DNA of 32,000 nucleotides. Origin: Candidatus Saccharimonadota bacterium. GTDB lineage: Bacteria; Pseudomonadota; Alphaproteobacteria; CAJXXZ01; 1604HC. Position 1 is the first letter of the stretch. The number at the start of each line of letters is the position of its first letter. Below, piece after piece: positions 7,501 to 16,590 of the stretch. The DNA is taken from NCBI RefSeq assembly GCF_008189405.1, contig NZ_CP043316.1, positions 60,001 through 92,000 of the forward strand. Direction: 5' to 3'. The notes under the pieces are model-generated. The model saw only the letters and a program-made list of their open reading frames with translations, had not been told where the DNA came from and ran no database searches. Made by a program: the position numbers and the translations under genes.

Positions 7501-10500
7501 ATTGATGGAGAGGTATTGCGCAAAAAAGTAGGAAAATTTGCTGTTGGTGATGCTTTAAATAAAGAAATATTAGAAGAAATCAACTTAATGCTTGTTCCTG
7601 ATATCATTAAGAATCCTTCACAAAATATCTTGGATATTATGCAGTCATACTCAGATAGAATTAATATTATAACTAAGAAGTTCCAAAAAGAAGATAAAAA
7701 GATAAGTGCTGGAGATGATTTGGTTTCTGGTATTATGGTTACTGTGCAGGTGTTCTTAGCTGTTAAGAGAAAGTTGCAACCTGGAGATAAAATTGCTGGA
7801 CGACATGGTAATAAAGGTGTTATTGCTAGAGTTCTTAACTTAGAAGATATGCCTTATACAGAAAATGGAGAACCTGTAGATTTGATTTTCAGTTCTTTGG
7901 GTATTTCTTCTCGTATGAATCTTGGTCAGATCTTAGAAACTCACTTAGGTTGGGCATCATTTAACTTAGGTAAGAAGATAGATGGAATGTTATCTGAAGT
8001 TAAATCTGGACAAAAATCTGTTGGTGAATTAAGAGAGTTTGTTGACCAAATTTATGAAAATAATCCAGAAGTACAATCTAAAACAGATGATGAAATTATT
8101 GATTTCTCAGGAAATTTGAAAAACGGAGTTCCGTTTAGTTGTCCTGCTTTTGATGGTGCTAGTGTTGATCATATTTCGAAAATGCTTGAATTATCAGGAT
8201 GCGATTCTTCTGGTCAAGAGGTCCTATATGATGGATATACCGGTTTGCCTTTTGATAGAAAAGTTACAGTTGGAATCATGTACATTATGCAGTTGCATCA
8301 CTTTGTGGATGAGAAAATTCATGCTAGATCTGTTGGGCCTTACAGTCTTATTACACAGCAGCCGCTTGGTGGTAAATCTAATTTCGGTGGACAAAGGTTC
8401 GGAGAAATGGAGGTGTGGGCACTTCAAGGATATGGTGCAGCATATACAATTAGAGAGTGCTTGAACGCAAAATCTGATGATCCTCTAGGGCGTATGAGAG
8501 TTTTTGAAGCTATTAGTCAAGGATATGATGTGTTTGACCAACAAGGTGTTCCAGAATCTTTCCGTGTATTGTTATACTCACTAAGATCTCTATGTTTGAA
8601 TGTTGAATGTTTGGTTTCTGTTGATGGAACTTTGGTTGAGCAAGATTTGAATAACTTGCATAATTTAGACGCATTGAGAATTTCTATTGCAGGGCCAGAG
8701 AAAGTAAGTCAATGGTCTTATGGTGAAGTGACAAGAGCAGAAACAATTCATTACAGAACTCTAAAGCCTGATCCAGATGGTTTGTTCTCGGCTCGTATTT
8801 TTGGTCCTATTAAAGATTATGAATGCTTATGCGGTAAATATAAGAAAATTAAATATCGTGGAGTTGTTTGTGAAAAATGTGGAGTTGAAGTTACAGTTTC
8901 ACGCGTAAGAAGAGAGAGAATGGGGCATGTTAATCTTGCTGCTCCTATTGCTCATATGTGGTTTGCTAAATCTTTGCCAAGTAGAATTGGTATTATGCTT
9001 GGATTGTCTGCTAAAGACCTAGAAGCAGTTCTAAACTTTGAGAAATATTTGGTTATTGAGCCAGCAACATCACCTTATGCGAAAGGAACTCTATTAAGTG
9101 AATTAGAATATAATTCTATTGTAGAAGAATATGAAGATGAAGGATTTGAAGCTGATACAGGGGCTGAGTCATTAGAAAAACTATTGAAAGAAATTAATCT
9201 TGGAGAAGAGATTAGTGAAATCAATGAAGAATTGAGTGAAAATCCTAATGAGTCAAAGAGAAAGAGCTTGATTAGGAAATTGAAAATCCTTGAAGGTTTC
9301 TATAAATCAAACACAAGGCCTGAACTTTGTATTATTAGAGTACTTCCTATTTTGCCTCCTGAATTGAGGCCATTAGTTGTGTTAGATGGTGGTAGATTTG
9401 CTTCATCTGATGTGAATGATTTGTATAGAAGGGTTATCAATAGAAATAATAGACTAAAGAGATTACTTGCTTTGAATGCTCCATTAGTAATTTTGAGAAA
9501 TGAAATTCGAATGTTGCAAGAATCTGTTGATGCATTATTTGATAATGAGAGAAAAAGCAGACCTATTATGCATTTGAATAGTAAGAGAGAGTATAAATCA
9601 CTTGCATATTCATTAAAGGGTAAGCGAGGAATGTTTAGACAAAACCTTCTTGGTAAGAGAGTTGACTATTCTGGACGTTCAGTTATTGTTGTTGGTCCTG
9701 AATTAAGGTTAGATCAATGTGGTGTGCCTAAAGATATGGCGCTTGAGCTATTTAAGCCTTTTGTAATCGCAAGATTAGAATTAAGAGGTTTTGCTCCTAC
9801 ATATAAATCTGCAAAGCATATGGTTGAGCATAAGAGACCAGAGGTATGGGATGTTCTTGCTGAATGTATTCAGGATCATCCTGTTCTTTTGAATAGAGCT
9901 CCTACCCTGCATAGGTTAGGTATTCAGGCGTTTAACCCTGTTCTTGTTAATGGTAAAGCAATCAGGTTGCATCCATTGGTATGTACAGCATATAACGCTG
10001 ACTTTGATGGTGACCAAATGGCTATTCATATTCCTTTGTCTATTGAAGCCCAAATTGAAGCAAGAGTATTAATGATGTCTACTAACTGTCTTTTGAATCC
10101 TTCAAATGGTAAGGCAATTGTGAAACCATCAAAAGATATGGTGTTAGGGTTGTACTATTTAACTCTTATGCTGTCTGATGATCCAAAAGCAATCGTCCGT
10201 GATATTGCAGAAGCAGAGCATGCATTAGAGAGTGGTCATATTAATATTGGAACTCCTATTAGAGTTGAAATTGAAGAAGGTGATAAATCTAGGATGGTGT
10301 TAACATCATTGGGTCGTTTAAAGGTGTATGAAATTACTCCAAAGCATCCAAAGATTGGATTTGACATGATCAATAAAGCGTTGAATACATCATCAATTTC
10401 TGAGCTTGTAGAAACAATTTATGAGCATTGTGAGAAAGATGTAGCTGTTAAATTCTTAGATGAATTTATGAATCTTGGGTTCTTATATGCAACTATGTCT

Positions 10501-12705
10501 GGATCTTCTTTTGGTAAAGATGATTTGATTGTTCCAGAAGAGAAGCATGATTTGATAGCTAAGACAGAGCAATTAGTTGAAGAATATCGTAAGCAATACA
10601 TGGAAGGTATTATTACTAATGGAGAAAGGCATAACAAAGTTACAAGCGCATGGTCTAAATGTGCTGATGCTGTTGCTGAAATCATGATGGATAGAATGTC
10701 TGCTATAAAAGATGATCAATTAAACTCTGTATTTATGATGTCAGATTCAGGAGCTAGAGGTTCTGCCATGCAGATTAGGCAGATTGCCGGAATGCGTGGT
10801 TTGATTGCTAGGTCTGATGGTTCTATTCAGGAAGATCCAGTTAAGAATAGCTTTAAAGAAGGTTTGACAGTTCCAGAATTTCTTTATGCTTCAGAAGGTG
10901 GTCGAAAAGGGCTTGTGGATATGGCTTTGAAAACTGCAAACTCTGGTTACTTAACTAGAAGATTGGTTGGAGTTGCTCAAGATTGTGTCGTGCATCATGA
11001 AGATTGTGGAACTTCTAAAGGTATTATGATGAAAGCTATTATGCAATCGGGTAGAACAGTAGTTTCATTACGTGATCAACTTTATGGAAGAACTTTGTCT
11101 AAAAATGTGATTCTAGAGAGAGATGGAAATGAAGTTGTTATAGAATCTGGAACAATTGTAACAAGAGATCTTGCAAGAGAAATTGAAGAATACGGTATTG
11201 AAGAAGTAGAAACCAGATCTCCAGTTTCTTGTGAAAATATGGATAGTACTGTTTGTGTGAAATGTTATGGTTATGACTTATCTAAGGCTAAACCTACTAT
11301 GGTGCAAGATGGAGAATCTGTTGGTGTGGTTGCTGCTCAATCAATTGGTGAGCCTGGAACTCAGTTGACTATGCGTACCTTCCATTATGGTGGAGCTGCT
11401 CAGAATATTTCTGAAGATTCTTTCATTGATGCTTCTGAAAATGTAACAATCATAATGAATGATATTAAAATAGTTAATAAAGGCGATTATGGAATTGTGA
11501 TGAGTAGAAATAATGAGCTAAAAGTTAAATCTGCTAAAAAGACATTTGCCTATAATTTGCCATATGGATCTAAGATATTTGTAAAAGATCAAGATGCAGT
11601 GGAAGCTGGATTTAGAATTGCTGAGTGGGATCCATATAACACTCCAATTTTGGCCGAAGCATCAGGTAATTTAGTTTATCATGATCTGATTGAAGGAATT
11701 TCTTTGAAAGCTTCAATGGATGAGTCCACAGGATCACAAAACTATACTGTTAGTGATTGGAATGCTGTATCTAAAAAAGCTAATTTGCAACCTGCATTGA
11801 AAATTGAATTAGGCAATAGTGATAAAGAATACTATTATAGTTTGTCCATTAATGATGTTATTTTAGTAATAGATAAAGAATATGTTGAAATTGGAGATGT
11901 TATTGCTACACGAAGTCAAGGAGCCTTGAAAACAAGAGATATTGTTGGTGGTCTTCCTAGAATTGAAGAATTGTTTGAAGCTAGAAGTCCTAAATCTTTG
12001 GCTATTTTGAATGAAGAAGATGGTAGAGTAAGTTTTGGTAAAGATTATAGATCAAAGAAAAAGATAATTGTGACATCATTAAGTGATGGCTCTGAAAAAG
12101 AATATATTGCAGCAAAAGATAGATATATACTTGCTCAAACAGGAGATATAGTAAAGAAAGGACAAATCCTGGTTGATGGACATGTTTCGCATCATGATAT
12201 GTTAAGAATATTAGGTGCTGAAGAAATGTCCCATGATTTCATAGAAGAAGTACAGCAAGTGTATAGAATGCAAGGTATTACTATTAATGATAAGCATATT
12301 GAAATTATTCTGAGACGAATGTTGAGCCAAGGAGAGGTTCTAGATCCTTCATCTAGCTCTTTCTTGATTGGAGATATAGTTGATATTAAAAAATTGAATT
12401 CAATTAATGAAATATTAATTACAAATGGTAAAGCTCCTATTAGATTCAGAAGAATATTACAGGGTATTACTAAGATTTCCACATCTGCTGGAAGTTCATT
12501 CTTATCAGCTGCATCGTTCCAAGACACTGCAAGAGTGTTGACTAATGCTGCGTTGTTTAATGATATAGATTGGATTACTGGTATTAATGAGAGCATTATG
12601 GCTGGAATGCTTATTCCAGCTGGAACTGGTGCTTTTGTAAGAAGACTCGAAACAGGATGGAAAGAAGAGCTTCAAAAAGATTTCCTAACTGCATCTGCAG
12701 AATGA
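4567..12705 (+). CDS. rpoBC: Fused DNA-directed RNA polymerase beta/beta-prime subunit (RpoB-RpoC in one reading frame)
   Basis: A single uninterrupted frame (the tracked ORF starts at TTG 4528; the likely start is ATG 4567, [12 protein letters not shown]). The first half carries beta motifs: [50 protein letters not shown], and the C-terminus [18 protein letters not shown]. The second half carries beta-prime motifs: [17 protein letters not shown], zinc finger [23 protein letters not shown], catalytic [13 protein letters not shown]. No stop or shift occurs at the junction (about 8600-8690). Confidence 0.9.
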   Translation: [2712 protein letters not shown]

Positions 12706-12740
12706 TTCATGTCTGCAAATGATTGCATGATCACATGATC

Positions 12741-12763
12741 AATCTGCAAATTATATGCAGATT
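12741..12763 (+). terminator. Hairpin downstream of rpoBC (candidate terminator)
   Basis: aatctgca-aattata-tgcagatt: an 8-bp perfect stem 36 nt after the stop. A second small hairpin, tgcaa-atga-ttgca, lies at about 12713-12726. The U-tract is weak. Confidence 0.3.
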
Positions 12764-12860
12764 AATTATGTAGTAAATATCAGAATCATTACGTGATCAA
12801 CATTCCCAAAATATATTTTAAGTAGTATGATTATATAAATATATTCATAGGAGGATTGAG

Positions 12861-13793
12861 ATGTTTTTAAGAGGGATTTTATTATCATTTTTTGTTTTGA
12901 GCATTGGATCAGATGTTGCGCAAGAGAAGAATGTTGCTGTAGTTGGTACTAAAACTAACAAGTCTGTAAAGATTAATTATAAGGATATAGTATCTAATCT
13001 ATATAAAGTATTTGCTATGCAAGGCATATCTCCCAATCAAATTGCTCAATTGACTCAGAAAAACCCACAAATTTTACAAGACTTAATTGCAAAAATCAGA
13101 GAACAAATTATTGATGAAGAAGTATTATTTTTCATGTCTAAAGATAAAGGATATGAATCTAATGCTGCTTATATTAAAAGATTTGCAGATGCTAAAAAAG
13201 CAGTGTCCAATCAAATTTACAGAGAAGAAAGAGCAAAGCAAATAGTTCCCTCTGATAAAGATTTAAAAGATAAATATGATGAAGTAATTGGAAAAATTCC
13301 AAATATTAAAAAATATGATGGAACCATGATTGTTTTGAAAAATAAAAGTGATGCAGATGGAGTTCTGAAGATAATGAATAATAGAGATAAATCAAAATCA
13401 ATTGATGATACATTTATTTCATTAGGGAACGCACATTCAATTACAGACTTTTCTGAATCAAAAGGCCATTTTTCTATGAATGAGCGTGAAATTGAATCTG
13501 TATATGGAAAGAATATGATGGATAATATTCAATCTACTAAAGCAGGAAATTTGACTAATGTGATTAAGTTTGATGATAAGTCAAAACTAGAAGGAAAATA
13601 TGCAGTTGTTCTAGTGAAAAAAGTATCTAATGAAAAGAAACCAGAAATGGAAAGCATAAAAGAGCAATTGAAAAAAGCAGTAATTGTAGGAAAAATCAAA
13701 GAAGAAATCAATAAGCATGCTAAAGAGATTGGTGTGAAAAAATATAATAAAGACGGATTATTAGAGGAAGAAAAGCCTGCAAATATAGCTTGA
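12861..13793 (+). CDS. Secreted SurA/PrsA-like chaperone with a degenerate parvulin (PPIase) domain
   Basis: aggagg precedes the ATG. Signal peptide MFLRGILLSFFVLSIGSDVAQE. The layout matches rickettsial parvulin-like proteins: a helical N-domain followed by a parvulin-like block, KKYDGTMIVLKNKSDADGVLKI ... GKYAVVLVKKV. In that block the two usually conserved His positions (HIL, WHI) read MIV and AVV. Confidence 0.45.
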   Translation: MFLRGILLSFFVLSIGSDVAQEKNVAVVGTKTNKSVKINYKDIVSNLYKVFAMQGISPNQIAQLTQKNPQILQDLIAKIREQIIDEEVLFFMSKDKGYESNAAYIKRFADAKKAVSNQIYREERAKQIVPSDKDLKDKYDEVIGKIPNIKKYDGTMIVLKNKSDADGVLKIMNNRDKSKSIDDTFISLGNAHSITDFSESKGHFSMNEREIESVYGKNMMDNIQSTKAGNLTNVIKFDDKSKLEGKYAVVLVKKVSNEKKPEMESIKEQLKKAVIVGKIKEEINKHAKEIGVKKYNKDGLLEEEKPANIA

Positions 13794-13888
13794 TTTAAAG
13801 AATCAATTAAGCTGGTTGAGAGCTTTAGTTAAATTTTTAGTTGAGATCTTTTGTTAATATGTTGTATTATAATTTTGAAGGGCGTTAA

Positions 13889-14419
13889 ATGAGTGTTGCT
13901 GTTTTAAAAAAGAGATATTTAAGTAGGTCTGCCATTCCACGTGGTAGGCCTAAAATTTCTAAAGTTCATGTTGGGCCTACTCACGAAATTATTAAGAAAA
14001 AACTGGAATTTGGGTTGCAAGATACCAATATGCCTATTAATCTGCTTTCTTCAATGTACTCTTTAAAGAAAATCAATCAAGAAGAGTATGAAGCTGCAAG
14101 GTTTTATGAGGAATTATCTTATAAAGCTCTTGGATTAATGGATTGTTCTGGCAGGAAAACATCTTCTCTAATGGTTAATTTATCTAATGCCGGTACTAAT
14201 CATAAAACATTTACAAAAGATAATCAAAAACTACTTAAAAGATGGTTGAGGGTAAGAGCTATTTTATTTAATACATCAAAAGAGATTGATGAAGTGATTT
14301 ATAATGTTTTAGTAAAAAACAAACCTATTGGATTTAATTATATCAATACTTTCAAAGAAGGTCTAAATATTATATACGACTACTGTTCTAAAAGTAAAAT
14401 CAAACAATCAACACATTGA
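13889..14419 (+). CDS. Hypothetical basic protein; no family recognised
   Basis: 176-aa open frame in AT-rich DNA, which is unlikely to stay open by chance. Weak gaaggg before the ATG. Basic N-terminus RSAIPRGRPKISKVH. I recognise no motifs with confidence. Confidence 0.4.
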   Translation: MSVAVLKKRYLSRSAIPRGRPKISKVHVGPTHEIIKKKLEFGLQDTNMPINLLSSMYSLKKINQEEYEAARFYEELSYKALGLMDCSGRKTSSLMVNLSNAGTNHKTFTKDNQKLLKRWLRVRAILFNTSKEIDEVIYNVLVKNKPIGFNYINTFKEGLNIIYDYCSKSKIKQSTH

Positions 14420-14920
14420 TTTTAGTGATATTTCTTTAGAATGTTATGCTGTATAGCTCTTATTTTACTTGAAATCTATTGATAAATGCTAATCGTTTTA
14501 ATATCTATACGATTTGTTTATTAACTCACCAAAATATTATTACTTGATTGATCTACTGGATTATGATCCATTAATTGATTGATTTATTGTCAGTATAGTA
14601 AGCGTGCATCAATATGGTGTATATTATTATAAACAAACTAAACACAGTAGTAGGTTTTCATTTGAGGTAAGGCATAATTATTTGCAATTAAATATATTCT
14701 ATATTATGACTAAGTAAATAGTTAAGCTTGTTGAGATGGTGAAGTAGCAAAACTTATGCAGTAAATCAGAATTGGAAAATATATATAGTAAAGAGTGTTA
14801 TATTTTATTCATTATGAATTGTAAGAAGAGCTCTGATTTCTACTGTTATAATTTACTTGTATTACTATAATCTATTGCGATAACTATTTTTTGTTTTATG
14901 GATTTGATATCATTGTGACA

Positions 14921-15688
14921 ATGGTTATAAAAAATAAGTTTGGTGTGAAAGTTTATGATGAGAATAGTTTGGATAAAATGCGTATAGCATGTGGTTTAGC
15001 ATCTGCTACCTTAGATTATTTAGAGAGCTTCGTTAAGCCAGGAGTTACAACAAAATATATTGACCAAATGTGTGAAGAATTTGTGAGGAAAAATGGGGGA
15101 GTGCCTACTTGTAAAGGATATAAAGGATTCCCTGCATCTTTATGTATATCAATAAATGAAGTGGCTTGTCATGGGATACCAAATAATACACAACTTAAAA
15201 GTGGAGACATCGTAAATTTAGATGTAGTTGTTGAAGTAGGTGGATGGCATGGAGATACTAGCCGTACATTTGCTGTGGGTGAGCTTTCAAAACAGCATAA
15301 AGATTTAGTGAAAATTGCAGAAGAAGCTATGTATGTAGGGATTAATTCCGTCAAAGCTAATGGATGTTTTAATGATATAGGTGTTGCTGTTGAGAAATAT
15401 GTTGCATCACAGGAAGGATATTGTTTGGTTAAAGAGTTTTGTGGTCATGGGATAGGTCGTAATATGCATGAAGAGCCATTAGTTTTGCATTTTGCAGTAA
15501 ATAATCAAACATCTCCGATCGAACCTGGTATGTTCTTTACTATAGAACCAATTATTTCTTGTGGTTCACCTCATGTAAAGCAGATGAAAGATGGATGGAC
15601 AATGGTTACTAAAGATAAAAGCTATGCAGCTCAATTTGAGCATACTTTATTTGTTGGTTATGATGATAAAATACATATTTTGACTTGA
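14921..15688 (+). CDS. map: Methionine aminopeptidase type I
   Basis: Motifs NEVACHGIP, DVVVEVGGWHGDTSRTF, FCGHGIG, FTIEP and AQFEHT. The tracked ORF starts at TTG 14891, but the ATG at 14921 (MVIKNKFGVKVYDENSLDKMR) matches the usual N-terminus. Confidence 0.9.
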   Translation: MVIKNKFGVKVYDENSLDKMRIACGLASATLDYLESFVKPGVTTKYIDQMCEEFVRKNGGVPTCKGYKGFPASLCISINEVACHGIPNNTQLKSGDIVNLDVVVEVGGWHGDTSRTFAVGELSKQHKDLVKIAEEAMYVGINSVKANGCFNDIGVAVEKYVASQEGYCLVKEFCGHGIGRNMHEEPLVLHFAVNNQTSPIEPGMFFTIEPIISCGSPHVKQMKDGWTMVTKDKSYAAQFEHTLFVGYDDKIHILT

Positions 15689-15698
15689 TAGGTGTGAA

Positions 15699-16370
15699 AT
15701 GGATTATAAAGTTGGACATAGAAAACGCTTAAGAGAAAAATTTTTAGAGTCTGATCATTCGAAATTTTCTGATTATGAATTAATTGAACTATTACTACAA
15801 ATGGCTCAGCCAAGGAAAGATGTTAAGCCTTTAGCGAAAGATTTAATTGCATATTTTAGAAGTTTCAGTGCTGTTATAAGTGCAGAAACAAGTAAATTGC
15901 AGCAGATTACAGGAATGGGGCCAACTTCTGTAACGATGCTTAAAATAGTACATGAATCATTATGTAGATTGCTGAAGGAAGATTTATCAAGTGGCCCTAT
16001 TTTGAATACTGGAGATAAAGTCTTGGATTACTGTAAAGCACGTATGGCACACCTTCCTAAAGAGCAATTTCGTGTATTATTTCTTAATAAGAAAAATGTA
16101 CTGATTAAAGATGAAGTGCAGCAAACAGGCACAATAGATCATGCTCCTATTTACCCAAGAGAAGTGATACAAAAATCTTTGGATTTAGGAGCATCAGCAA
16201 TTATTTTAGTTCATAACCATCCTAGTGGAAATTGCTCTCCATCTAATGCAGATATTACTGTGACATATCAATTACGTGATATAGCGAATATGATGAATAT
16301 AAATTTACATGACCATCTGATTATTAGCAAAGGTGGATGCTTTTCAATGAGAGAAAATAATCTTTTATAG
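15699..16370 (+). CDS. radC: RadC-family JAB/MPN domain protein (UPF0758)
   Basis: The N-terminus GHRKRLREKF...SDYELIELLL and the JAB motif HNHPSGNCSPSNADI are typical of full-length RadC. Confidence 0.85.
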   Translation: MDYKVGHRKRLREKFLESDHSKFSDYELIELLLQMAQPRKDVKPLAKDLIAYFRSFSAVISAETSKLQQITGMGPTSVTMLKIVHESLCRLLKEDLSSGPILNTGDKVLDYCKARMAHLPKEQFRVLFLNKKNVLIKDEVQQTGTIDHAPIYPREVIQKSLDLGASAIILVHNHPSGNCSPSNADITVTYQLRDIANMMNINLHDHLIISKGGCFSMRENNLL

Positions 16371-16590
16371 ATAAATAGATTGTATAGCATAATAGGATAA
16401 ATAGTATTTATATTTTAGTAATGATTTGCAGCCAAACATTTATATTATAATGATGCGCAGATGCTATAGCAAAGCATGCTTAGATTTTGATAATAGAGGC
16501 ATAATTTTTATTTCATAAGTATATTGAGTTTGCTCTATATGAATGAATTCTCCCTATATGGATTGTGAATAAAAGATTAGAATAGCTGTA

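Noticed and set aside
4870-12596. Tracked ORFs inside or antisense to rpoBC (4870-5094, 7059-7370, 8150-8464, 8224-8427, 10419-10685, 12192-12596)
   Set aside because: All lie within the strongly supported rpoBC frame, either on the opposite strand or in another frame. They have low-complexity, Ser/Leu/Ile/Cys-rich compositions and no SD. They are shadow ORFs.
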